From Deltaproteobacteria bacterium HGW-Deltaproteobacteria-19 (GTDB lineage: Bacteria > Desulfobacterota > Syntrophia > Syntrophales > PHBD01): DNA of 64,000 nt. The position numbers were made by a program, and so were the translations under genes. The DNA lies in NCBI GenBank assembly GCA_002841865.1, contig PHBD01000006.1:112075-176074 (forward strand). The letters run 5' to 3'. A model generated the notes under the pieces. It worked only from the letters and a program-made list of their open reading frames with translations. It was not told the DNA's origin and did no database searches. Numbering within the stretch: the first letter of the stretch is position 1; every line of letters begins with the position of its first letter. Below are positions 22,366-31,253 of the stretch, one piece after another.

Positions 22366-24060
22366 ATGAACGAGACAAGCGAGCGGAAACTTGATATCCA
22401 GTTCACCGCCTATCCCCAGGTGAACCGTCTGCTGAACCATCTCGTTGCGGAGGTCCAGGATTTCACCGAGGCCCAGCTCGGCCTGATCCGCCGTCTTACC
22501 CAGATCGGCTCGGCCCTCTCGGCGGAGCGGAACCTGGGGAAACTTCTGGAGATGATCATCGACGAGGCCCGGGAGTTCACCAACGCCGACGGCGGGACGC
22601 TCTACATCATGTCCGACGACGAGACGGAACTCCAATTCGCCATCGTCCAGAACGGAACGCTGGATGTCCGCATGGGCGGAACCGGGGACAAGATCACCTG
22701 GCCCGCCGTTCCGCTCCGCTGCCCCGACGGAACGGAGAATTTCTCGAACGTCTCCGCATTCGTCGCTCTGACGGGCCAGGCGGTGAACATACCGGACGTC
22801 TACCATGCCGAGGGGTTCAATTTCGAGGGGACGAAAAAATTCGACGAGCGGACGGGGTACCGATCCAAGTCCATGCTTGTCCTTCCCATGCGGAACCATG
22901 AGAACGATATCATCGGCGTTCTGCAGCTCCTCAACCCCCGGGACCCCGAGACGGGCGAAATGATCCCGTTCAGCAAGGAGAGCCAGGAGATGACGGAATC
23001 CCTGGCCTCCCAGGCCGCCGTGGCGCTCACCAACAACCGCCTCATCGGCGACCTGGAAGAACTCCTCGAATCCTTCATCCGGACCATCGGCAGCGCCATC
23101 GACGAAAAATCACCCTATACGGGCGGCCACATCCGGCGCGTCGCCGAGCTGACCATGGACATCGCCGAGCGGATCAACGCAGCGACGGAACCGCCTTACG
23201 GCGATTACAACCTCACCGCCGACGAGTTGCGGGAACTCCGGCTCGCGGCCTGGCTTCACGATGTGGGCAAGATCACGACGCCGGAGCACGTCGTGGACAA
23301 GGCCACGAAGCTGCAGACGATCTGCGACCGGATCGATCTCCTGAAGGCCCGCGTCGAGATCATCAAGAAGAACCACATCATCGACGTTCTCCGGCAGCAG
23401 TTGGGCAGTGACCGTGCAAAGGAGAGCCCGTCCGACGGGGACTATGAAGACGACTTTACCCGGAGGCTTGACGAAGACCTGAAATTCCTTGAGACCACAA
23501 ATCTGGGCGGCGAATTCCTGCCGGACGACAAGGTGAAGCGGCTGAAGGAATTGAAGGAAACGACGTATTGTTTCCACGGCGAGGAACAGCCGGTCCTGAC
23601 GGAGGATGAGTGCGCCAATCTCAGCATCCGCCGGGGGACTCTGAACGATGAGGAGCGGGAGATCATCAACAACCACACGGTGGTGACCTTCAAGATGCTC
23701 TCCCAGCTTCCGTTTCCGAAGAAGCTCAAGCACGTGCCGGAATACGCCGCGGCTCACCATGAGCGCCTCGACGGCACCGGCTACCCGCTGGGCCTCAAGG
23801 AGAACGACATTCCCATCCAGGCCCGCATCCTGGCACTGGCAGATGTCTTCGAAGCCCTAACAGCGCGGGACCGTCCTTACACGAAGGGGAAAACCCTGCA
23901 GGAAGCCCTCAAAATCGTCGGGTTCATGGTGAAGGACCGGCACATCGATGGGGACATCTTCGATCTGTTCGTGCGGGAGAAAATTTACACGGATTATATC
24001 CGCCGGGAGGCTCCTCATCTCTTGGCGGAGTTGGAGGGCGGCGAGTCCGGGGCATCCTGA
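22366..24060 (+). CDS. GAF + HD-GYP domain phosphodiesterase
   Basis: GAF domain, YTGGHIRRVA, LHDVGK, HHERLDGTGYP, ADVFEALTARDRPY. Confidence 0.92.
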   Translation: MNETSERKLDIQFTAYPQVNRLLNHLVAEVQDFTEAQLGLIRRLTQIGSALSAERNLGKLLEMIIDEAREFTNADGGTLYIMSDDETELQFAIVQNGTLDVRMGGTGDKITWPAVPLRCPDGTENFSNVSAFVALTGQAVNIPDVYHAEGFNFEGTKKFDERTGYRSKSMLVLPMRNHENDIIGVLQLLNPRDPETGEMIPFSKESQEMTESLASQAAVALTNNRLIGDLEELLESFIRTIGSAIDEKSPYTGGHIRRVAELTMDIAERINAATEPPYGDYNLTADELRELRLAAWLHDVGKITTPEHVVDKATKLQTICDRIDLLKARVEIIKKNHIIDVLRQQLGSDRAKESPSDGDYEDDFTRRLDEDLKFLETTNLGGEFLPDDKVKRLKELKETTYCFHGEEQPVLTEDECANLSIRRGTLNDEEREIINNHTVVTFKMLSQLPFPKKLKHVPEYAAAHHERLDGTGYPLGLKENDIPIQARILALADVFEALTARDRPYTKGKTLQEALKIVGFMVKDRHIDGDIFDLFVREKIYTDYIRREAPHLLAELEGGESGAS

Positions 24061-25463
24061 CCCTTCTTGAGGGAATCGATCGCCTTCTGTATCCGGCGGG
24101 ATTTTTCCGGGTCCCGCCCGAGGAGCTTCTTGGCCTCTTCGAGGTGGTAGAGGGCGTTGTCCTTCCGGTTTTGCTTCTTCAGGAACAGGCCGTAAAAATA
24201 GTGGTAATCCCCGGTGCGGCCTGTTCTCCCGTAGGCCATGGCCATGTTGTAGAGGATGTCCGCCTCTTGGGGCGGATCGTTTTCCAGCCGCCGGTACAGG
24301 TCTACGGCGGCTTCATAATTTTCCATCGTCCCGTAGGCCCTTCCCAGGTAGAGCAGGGTCTCTCTGTCATCCAGGTCCAGCTGCAGGGCCTTCCGCAGCG
24401 GTTCGATAGCCTCCTGTGTCCGCCCGGCCTTTACATAGACGATTCCGGTTTCTCTCAGGATGTCCTCGTCGTTCGGGGCTTCCTGCAGGAGCTTGTGAAA
24501 GATCTCCATGGCCTCGGCGACGCGGCCGGTTCTATCCAGGGAGACCGCCAGGCCGAGCCGGTCGTCCAGGGAAGCCGGATTCTTCCGGACCCGGTCCCGG
24601 AAATAGGCGTAATTCGTCTGCGCATCCGGTCTGGACAGGGCCATTTCAATCCTGATTCTGTCGAACCGCTTCGAGAGGTTGTCCTTACCCTGCTGCTTCC
24701 GGTAAACCGTCTGAAGCATGCCGTCGAGGTAGCGGATCCGGTCGTCCGTTCCCGGGTGGGTCTTGAAATACGAGGGGACGGTGCTCGAGTAGTATTCGTA
24801 TCGCCGCATCATGCGCAGCATTTCGACTGAGCCCTGGCCATCGTATCCTGTAGAAATAAGGTAGGAAAGGCCAAGGCGGTCCGCTTCTTCCTCGTGCTCC
24901 CGGCTGTACTGCAGGTTGAGCGTTGTGGCGGCGGCGAGGGAAAAGGCCATGGCCCCGACAGCCAGGTCGCTTCCTCCGCCCAGGAACGCCCCGGCAAGAA
25001 TGGCCGCCAGGGCTGCCACATTCACTTTCGTGGATTTCTCGATGATCCGGGCAATGTGACGGGCGTTCACATGTGCGATTTCATGGGCCATGACGCTGGC
25101 CAACTGGGCCTCATCCTCCGCCAGGGCGATGAGTCCCCGGGAGACGTAGACGTATCCGCCGGGCGTGGCAAAGGCATTGATGGCGGAATCTTTGTAGACG
25201 GAAAAGCGAAAATCGAAGGGAGCCTTGTTGCTGTGGGAAAGGATGCTGTTGCCCAGTTCCGTGATGTAGACCTGAACCCGCTTTTCCTTGACCAGGGCAT
25301 TGCTCTTTTCAATCTTTTCGTAGAATTCCCGCCCCACTTTCCGCTCGTCTTCCAGGGTGAAGGCAGCGAAGGCGGAACCGGCTCCAAGAACCCCGCAGAG
25401 GATCACAACGATCAGTAGAAGGGTTGTCTTCGAATGTGCCATGAATGCTTTCCTCGTCATCAA
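24015..25463 (-). CDS. M48 metalloprotease with TPR repeats (BepA/YfgC-like); start may be 25442
   Basis: Signal peptide, INAFATPGG, AHEIAH, YSREHEEEAD, THPG, C-terminal TPR-like helices. Confidence 0.88.
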   Translation of the reverse strand: MMTRKAFMAHSKTTLLLIVVILCGVLGAGSAFAAFTLEDERKVGREFYEKIEKSNALVKEKRVQVYITELGNSILSHSNKAPFDFRFSVYKDSAINAFATPGGYVYVSRGLIALAEDEAQLASVMAHEIAHVNARHIARIIEKSTKVNVAALAAILAGAFLGGGSDLAVGAMAFSLAAATTLNLQYSREHEEEADRLGLSYLISTGYDGQGSVEMLRMMRRYEYYSSTVPSYFKTHPGTDDRIRYLDGMLQTVYRKQQGKDNLSKRFDRIRIEMALSRPDAQTNYAYFRDRVRKNPASLDDRLGLAVSLDRTGRVAEAMEIFHKLLQEAPNDEDILRETGIVYVKAGRTQEAIEPLRKALQLDLDDRETLLYLGRAYGTMENYEAAVDLYRRLENDPPQEADILYNMAMAYGRTGRTGDYHYFYGLFLKKQNRKDNALYHLEEAKKLLGRDPEKSRRIQKAIDSLKKGQDAPDSPPSNSAKR

Positions 25464-25496
25464 TTACCGGGCTTGTTTCGGGTAATCCGGGGCGCA

Positions 25497-26498
25497 TTAT
25501 TTGGTGGGCGACGCGGGGATCAGGCGGATTTCCACTCGCCGGTTCGCATCTCCCGCGCCCTTCGCAAACAGGGGCTCCGATGTGCCCGCTCCGGAGGCCT
25601 CGACAGCCGAGTCCGCGACACCGGCAATCAGGAAGGCCTTCCTGATCATCTGGGCCATGGCGTTCGTGGCTCTCTGATCCTCCGCCCGCACCGGTTTCCC
25701 GGAACCGTGGACCGCGACGGCCAACCGCGTTCCCGGGTAGGCCTTCACGAGGTCCGCGATGCGCTGAATGTGAAGCGCCGCCTGCGGGGCGAGAGAGGAG
25801 GATCCCTTGGCCGCGGTGCGAATCAGGTCATCCCTGGGGATCACGAGCGTAGTCCCCTTATTTGACGGGCGGGACAGATAGGCCAGCTTCTCCAGGGAGC
25901 GCTGAAACTCGACGGTTCGGGTCAGGGAGTTGACCTGCTTTTTGAGGCCCTCGCGCTCCGCCTTGAGCTGGGCAATGTCTTTTTCCAGTCCAGTCCGGGC
26001 CGTCCGCAATGAGGCCAGTTCTCCCGACAGGCTCTTCATCTCGCTCGGGGGTTTTCCCGCCTGGTCACGAAGCCGGCGGATCTCTTCTTCCTTGTCTGCA
26101 AAGACCTTAATCTTTGCCTCGATCTCCGGAATAGCCTTTTCCAGCCGCACGTTCTCCCGCTCATGAGAGATCTTTTCCAGCCGCGCCATGCCGGTCGAGG
26201 CGGCGATCTCCGCCATCTCCGCCCAGTAGCGGATATCCGGGAGGACCGCCGGATTCAGCTTGCCCCGCCAGGATGTGTTCTTGTCCAAGGCCACCTGAGC
26301 GTTTCCCAGATATGTCCGGGCTTTTTGAAGCTCGGCCACCGTGACTTTTGCCTCATCGCTTTTGGCCGTTGTTTTTTCGACGACCGTTCGGGCCTTCTGA
26401 ATGGCGAACTGGGCCTGCTCTCTTTCGTCGGCCAGGACCGGGGCGGCCAGGGCGACACACAGGACGGAAAGCAGGAGGGAGAACAGAATCCGTTTCAT
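25497..26498 (-). CDS. Secreted coiled-coil protein with a degenerate OmpA-like C-terminal domain
   Basis: Signal peptide, long coiled coil, C-terminal G.G...P....NRRVEI. Confidence 0.7.
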   Translation of the reverse strand: MKRILFSLLLSVLCVALAAPVLADEREQAQFAIQKARTVVEKTTAKSDEAKVTVAELQKARTYLGNAQVALDKNTSWRGKLNPAVLPDIRYWAEMAEIAASTGMARLEKISHERENVRLEKAIPEIEAKIKVFADKEEEIRRLRDQAGKPPSEMKSLSGELASLRTARTGLEKDIAQLKAEREGLKKQVNSLTRTVEFQRSLEKLAYLSRPSNKGTTLVIPRDDLIRTAAKGSSSLAPQAALHIQRIADLVKAYPGTRLAVAVHGSGKPVRAEDQRATNAMAQMIRKAFLIAGVADSAVEASGAGTSEPLFAKGAGDANRRVEIRLIPASPTK

Positions 26499-26887
26499 GG
26501 CTTTTCTCCTTTCCCGGCCAGGATATCGTCAAGCCGCTTCTGCAGCTTGTCCAGTCTGGCCCGGGTCACGGCGGTTTTTTCCGCTGCTTCCCGTTCCTCG
26601 GTCCGCGCTTTGGCCAGATCCATCTGGAGAACGGCCATGTCCAGCGCCGTCTTCACGGTTCCTTCGTTCCCGCTGTCGGCGGCCTCCTTGGCTTTTGCCA
26701 GGGTCTGCTGGGTCGATTCCAGGACCTCCCGGGCATAGACGCCTGCCTTGGTCTGCCGCATTTCCTCGATCGATGCCTTAACCTGACGGTAGCGATCCAT
26801 GACGGCGGGGGATACGCTTCCGGCGGTTGCGGCGATCGGGCAGGCCAGGATTCCCAAAAGCGTAAAAAAGACGATCAATGAGCGCAT
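26495..26887 (-). CDS. DUF4398-like secreted helical protein
   Basis: Signal peptide, Ala-rich helices (AGVYAREVLESTQQTLAKA). 4-nt overlap with the OmpA-like gene. Confidence 0.6.
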   Translation of the reverse strand: MRSLIVFFTLLGILACPIAATAGSVSPAVMDRYRQVKASIEEMRQTKAGVYAREVLESTQQTLAKAKEAADSGNEGTVKTALDMAVLQMDLAKARTEEREAAEKTAVTRARLDKLQKRLDDILAGKGEKP

Positions 26888-27053
26888 GGTTTCCTCCTGC
26901 TTGGGATGAAACGCCGGCGGATATGGGCCGGCGTGAACACGATGGTGAGTTTTTTGTGTGGATGAACGTTATACCCTTCCAGGGGGGACCGTCAACGGAT
27001 TTGTCGCTTCCGGGGCGGTCCCGCGCCGTGCTGCAGGGGTGGTCCGGCACCGT

Positions 27054-28109
27054 TCAGCGCGGTCCGGAGCGTCCACCCGGTCCCTTACCGATCTGCCGGC
27101 CCAGCAGGATCAGGTCCTCCCGCAGGCGGGCCAGAAGAACATCCCCGTCCGGCACGGCGGCCTTTCCGGGATAGATGTCGTAACGGGCTCGCAGGGATTC
27201 GGGGGTGAAATCGGGCATGACGACGTTGGCCCCTGCCCGGAGCGCCCGGATCCGGCCTTCCGGATGAAGGGTCCCCAGGGCCGTCGTAGCGGGGATGTTG
27301 GTATTCCGGGTCAGGAGGCGGGCCAGGGCCAGGACCCGGAGCGTCCCTGCCAGGTCGCCACCCGGCTCGTCGGCAAGGGGTGTCCCCGGGTGGGGAATGA
27401 AAGGGCCGATCCCCAGCATGTCCGCATCCAGGGACCGCATCAGGAGAAGATCCTCCGCCAGGATCTCCGGTGTCTGTCCGGGGAGGCCCACCATGTTCCC
27501 CGTTCCGACCTCGTAACCCAGGTCCCGGAGGTCCTTCAGGCATCGAAGGCGGTCCTCCAGGGTGCATCCTGGCCGAAGCCGCCGGTAGAGGTCCGGAGAG
27601 GCCGTCTCGTGCTTGAGGAGATACCGGTCCGCTCCGGCCTCGCGGAAGGCCCGGTAGTCCTCCCGGGGCCGCTCACCCACCGAGAGCGTCACGATCAGGC
27701 CCGTCTCGTCCTTGATCCGACCGACGATGCGGCACAGGTCGCCACGGGTGTATGCGGGATCCTCGCCGGACTGAAGGACAACCGTGCCGATCCCCTTGTC
27801 CCGGATCCCGTGGACGGCGGCGAGGACGGCGTCCTCGTCCATCCGGTAGCGCACGACGTCCCGGTTGTCCCGGCGGAGGCCGCAGTAGAGGCAGTTCTGC
27901 CGGCAGAAGTTGGAGAACTCGACGATTCCACGGAGATGCACGGCATCGCCCACGTATTCCCGCCGGGCCGAATTGGCCGCCGTCTCGAGCGCCCCTAGTG
28001 ATGCTTCGTCCGAGAGCGACAGAAGAAAGGCCAGGTCTTCCCGGGAGAGATCCTCCCCCCGGTGGGCGGCGTCGATCAGCCTGCCGATCCGGTCCGGCGT
28101 CTCAGACAT
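27054..28109 (-). CDS. hydE: [FeFe]-hydrogenase maturase HydE
   Basis: EFSNFCRQNCLYCGLR, VLQSGED, RYLLKHET, GIGPFIPHPGTP, GANVVMP, YDIYPGK. Confidence 0.93.
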   Translation of the reverse strand: MSETPDRIGRLIDAAHRGEDLSREDLAFLLSLSDEASLGALETAANSARREYVGDAVHLRGIVEFSNFCRQNCLYCGLRRDNRDVVRYRMDEDAVLAAVHGIRDKGIGTVVLQSGEDPAYTRGDLCRIVGRIKDETGLIVTLSVGERPREDYRAFREAGADRYLLKHETASPDLYRRLRPGCTLEDRLRCLKDLRDLGYEVGTGNMVGLPGQTPEILAEDLLLMRSLDADMLGIGPFIPHPGTPLADEPGGDLAGTLRVLALARLLTRNTNIPATTALGTLHPEGRIRALRAGANVVMPDFTPESLRARYDIYPGKAAVPDGDVLLARLREDLILLGRQIGKGPGGRSGPR

Positions 28110-29499
28110 AGAGATCCCGCTGGCCTTCCTCGATCTTCCGCAGGCGCTTCTGCAGGTTATCCCGCTGGCGGGCGCTTTTCGTCTCCGCCAGGAGGCGGTC
28201 GATCAGGGCATAGCCCACGGCCTTCGCCTCCGGAGATGCATAGTCCTCCAGGTATTCCTTGTAGGTGAGGATGGCATTGGTGCGGCAGAACTTCTGGATC
28301 AGCCCCGGTTTCGCCAGATCCATGAAATCCGCGCCCGTCCGGCCGAGGCGGTAGCAGGCGGTGCAGAAGCTGGGAATATGCCCGTGGGTGCTGATGTCGA
28401 GGATCACCTCGTCGAGGGTCCGCGTGTCCCCCAGGTTGAACTGAGCCGCCCGGAATCCCTCGCTGGTGTCCTCCCGGTAGCCCCCTGGATTTGTCCGGGA
28501 ACCGGCGCTGATCTGGGAAATCCCCAGGTCGAAAACCTCGCTCCGGAGGGCCGCCGTCTCGCGGGTGGAGAGGATCATGCCCGTGTAGGGGACGGCCATG
28601 CGGATCACCGCTACGAGTTTCTTGAACTCCTCGTCGGAGACCGGATGGGGCGGCTTGATGGCCGCCGGCGCGTTGAGGGCCGGCTCCAGCCGTGGAATCG
28701 AGATGGTGTGAGGGCCCACGCCGCAGTCCCGCTCGAGCTGCAGAGCGTGGAAAAGGAGCCCCAGGACCTCGAACTTGTAGTCGTAAAGACCGAAGAGGGC
28801 CCCGATCCCCACATCGTCGATGCCGCCCTCCTGGGCCCGGTGCATCGCCGTCAGCCGCCGGACATAGTCCTTCTTGGGACCGCTGGGGTGCATCTTGCCA
28901 TATGTCCCGTGATGGTAGGTTTCCTGAAACAGGACGTAGGTTCCGATCTTCGCCGCCTTGAGCCGCCGGAACTCCTCGACTTCCAGCGGGGCGATCTCCA
29001 CGTTGATCCGTCGGATCTCTCCGCCCTTCTCCGTCTTCACGGAATAGGCCGTTTCGATGGCCTCAACGAAGTAGTCCAGGCTGGACCGGCCGGGGTGCTC
29101 GCCGCAGAGCATCAGGAGCCGCTTGTGCCCCTCCCGCTCCAGGACGCTCACTTCGCTTGCGATCTGCTCCAGGGAGAGGGCCACGCGCTTGAGGTCCTTG
29201 TTGTCCTTGCGGAATCCGCAGTAGAGGCAGTTGTTGCTGCAGAAGTTCGCGATGTAGAGGGGTGCGAAAAGAACCAGGCGGTTCCCGTAGATGTCCCGCT
29301 TGATCTGCCGGGCCGTCCGCCCGATCTCTGCCAGGAGCTCCGGGTCTTCCGTCTGCAGGAGAACGGCCGTTTCCTCCGGCGTCAGGCCTTGCAGCTTCTT
29401 CGCCTTTTCAATCAATTCCTCAACCCGCTGACGGGACGGGTTCTTCGATTCGGTGAGCAGTCGCTCGATCTTTCCGTCGTCGATGAAATCTGTGATCAT
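28102..29499 (-). CDS. hydG: [FeFe]-hydrogenase maturase HydG
   Basis: FAPLYIANFCSNNCLYC, FQETYH, GPHTISIPR, C-terminal SFCTACYR...C (Cx2Cx22C). ATG at 29499. Confidence 0.96.
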   Translation of the reverse strand: MITDFIDDGKIERLLTESKNPSRQRVEELIEKAKKLQGLTPEETAVLLQTEDPELLAEIGRTARQIKRDIYGNRLVLFAPLYIANFCSNNCLYCGFRKDNKDLKRVALSLEQIASEVSVLEREGHKRLLMLCGEHPGRSSLDYFVEAIETAYSVKTEKGGEIRRINVEIAPLEVEEFRRLKAAKIGTYVLFQETYHHGTYGKMHPSGPKKDYVRRLTAMHRAQEGGIDDVGIGALFGLYDYKFEVLGLLFHALQLERDCGVGPHTISIPRLEPALNAPAAIKPPHPVSDEEFKKLVAVIRMAVPYTGMILSTRETAALRSEVFDLGISQISAGSRTNPGGYREDTSEGFRAAQFNLGDTRTLDEVILDISTHGHIPSFCTACYRLGRTGADFMDLAKPGLIQKFCRTNAILTYKEYLEDYASPEAKAVGYALIDRLLAETKSARQRDNLQKRLRKIEEGQRDLYV

Positions 29500-29513
29500 T
29501 TGGTCTTTCCCTT

Positions 29514-29762
29514 CTATGCTTTGGTCAGGGCCGACTTCACCTGCACTCCCTCCAGGGCGCCCAGCTTTCCCGTGAGGGAGCCGATCTCGTCGGTCGTGGC
29601 ATGAACGATCAGGGAGATGATGTGGAGGCCCTTGGGCGGGTAGGGCAGTCCCATCCTGCCGATGACGGCCTCGCCGTGCTCGCTCAGGATGGCGTTGATC
29701 CGGTTGGCCTGGTCGGCCCGGTTCGTGATGATGATGGTGATGGTTCCGATGCGGCGGTGCAT
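29514..29762 (-). CDS. TM1266-family putative iron-only hydrogenase system regulator
   Basis: 82 aa; INAILSEHG..IGRMGLPY...IISLIV...IGSLTGKLGALEGVQVK. Directly upstream of hydG. Confidence 0.9.
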   Translation of the reverse strand: MHRRIGTITIIITNRADQANRINAILSEHGEAVIGRMGLPYPPKGLHIISLIVHATTDEIGSLTGKLGALEGVQVKSALTKA

Positions 29763-29782
29763 GCAAGCTTCCTTTCGTTGCC

Positions 29783-29820
29783 AAAAAAAAGAGGTCAGCT
29801 CCTGAAGGGAGCAGACCTCT
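29783..29820 (-). terminator. Intrinsic terminator in the 5' leader of TM1266-hydG-hydE
   Basis: Minus strand AGAGGTC-T-GCTCC-CTTCA-GGAGC-T-GACCTC followed by T8, 20 nt before the ATG. Confidence 0.85.
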
Positions 29821-29900
29821 CGCGATGGCTCGTTGTGCTCCCCTCGAGGTCAGACGGCGTCCTTCCTCTCAGGACCGGCCGGATCAACCGGCCGCCGGCT
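29783..29900 (-). ncRNA. Candidate cis-regulatory leader RNA (attenuator or riboswitch-like)
   Basis: Three-way junction fold, then an antiterminator segment GAGGGGAGCA complementary to the terminator's TGCTCCCTTC. TTGACA at 29923-29928 upstream. Confidence 0.5.
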
Positions 29901-30003
29901 ATTCATCACAGATCGGCGGGAATGTCAACGGTTATGTTGAAAATGGCATACATCTCGAACCTCGATATTCCGTGATCGCGGGGTTCTTCGCTGCAGCCCG
30001 GTC

Positions 30004-31251
30004 TCAGGGGGCCGCGGCGGCCCGATCATAGGCCAGGAGTGCCGAGGGGAAGGGCGTCAGGACCCGGCGGATGACCCCCTGGGTGTAGGAGATGGCCAGG
30101 CCGTAGTTCGTGATCGGGACGCCGGCCTCGTGGGCCTTGTGGAGACGGCTCAGCATCTCACGGCGGTTCAGCATGCAGGCGCCGCAGTGGATGACGAGCC
30201 GGTATTTGGAAAGATCCTGCGGATAGTCCCGTCCCGCCGAGACGTCCACCGCCAGCTCGCCGCCGACATACTGCCGGAGCCAGCGGGGGATCTTGACCCG
30301 GCCGATGTCGTCCTGGAGAGGATGGTGGGAGCAGGCCTCGGCGATGAGGACCGGATCCCCCGGGCGGAGGCGTTCGATGGCGGCCACTCCGGCGGCGGCC
30401 GTGGACAGGTCGCCTTTCTGGCGGGCCATGAGGATGGAGAAGGTCGTCAAGGGGACTGATGCCGGCGTGTCGCCGGAGACCTTGAGGATTGCCTGGGAGT
30501 CCGTCACCACCAGGTCCGGCGGGCGGGACAGACGGGCCAGCATGGCCGCCAGCTCCCGCTCTTTCACCATCAGGGCCGCGGCGTCACTGTCCAGGGCGTC
30601 GCGGATTGTCTGGACCTGCGGCAGGATCAGCCGTCCCTTGGGGGCCTGTAGGTCGATGGGCACCACCAGCACGGCCAGGCCGCCCGGGGGCAGGAGGTCT
30701 CCCACCAGGGGCGGCGGCTCCAGGAAGTGATCCGGCGCCGTCTCCAGGAGGTGCCGCTTCACCGCCTCCAGGGCCGCTTCCCGGCCCGCCCCGTCCGTGC
30801 TGGAGACGGCCAGGACCCGCCCGGCCTTCTCCCGGAGCGAGGCGAGGAACGCCTCCGACGGTGCGCAGAGATCCGTCTTGTTCACCACCGGGATGACGGG
30901 GATCTTGTGGGCCTTCGCTTCCCCGAGCAGGTTATCCTCGAAGTCCGTCCATGCCTCCGCTTCCGTGACGAGGAGGATCGCGTCGGCCCGGTCGAGGATC
31001 CGCCGGGTCTTCTCCAGCCGCTTTGCCGACAGTTCCGTGATGTCGTCCAGGCCCGCCGTGTCGAGGAACAGGACGGGGCCGAGGGGCAAAAGCTCCGCCG
31101 CCTTCTCCACCACGTCCGTCGTCGTTCCCGCCACGGGGGAGGTAATGGCCACCTCCTGGCCCAGCAGGTAGTTGAGGAGGCTCGACTTGCCCACGTTCGT
31201 GCGGCCGAAAAGGGCCACGTGAAGGCGGTTTCCCTTGGGGGTGGCGTCCAT
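30004..31251 (-). CDS. hydF: [FeFe]-hydrogenase maturation GTPase HydF
   Basis: GRTNVGKSS, GTTTD, DTAG, NKTD, APKGRLILPQVQ, ACSHH...HCGACM. Confidence 0.97.
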   Translation of the reverse strand: MDATPKGNRLHVALFGRTNVGKSSLLNYLLGQEVAITSPVAGTTTDVVEKAAELLPLGPVLFLDTAGLDDITELSAKRLEKTRRILDRADAILLVTEAEAWTDFEDNLLGEAKAHKIPVIPVVNKTDLCAPSEAFLASLREKAGRVLAVSSTDGAGREAALEAVKRHLLETAPDHFLEPPPLVGDLLPPGGLAVLVVPIDLQAPKGRLILPQVQTIRDALDSDAAALMVKERELAAMLARLSRPPDLVVTDSQAILKVSGDTPASVPLTTFSILMARQKGDLSTAAAGVAAIERLRPGDPVLIAEACSHHPLQDDIGRVKIPRWLRQYVGGELAVDVSAGRDYPQDLSKYRLVIHCGACMLNRREMLSRLHKAHEAGVPITNYGLAISYTQGVIRRVLTPFPSALLAYDRAAAAP

Positions 31252-31253
31252 GG

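Noticed and set aside
29500-29784. His-rich N-terminal extension of HydG in the ORF track (560 aa)
   Set aside because: It is an alternative frame over the TM1266 gene; HydG most plausibly starts at ATG 29499.
29855-29880. CTGAGAGG in the TM1266 leader suggesting a TPP riboswitch
   Set aside because: The P4/P5 elements (CCTGA...GNTAAT..CNGCGNAGGGA) are missing, so it is kept only as an unclassified leader.
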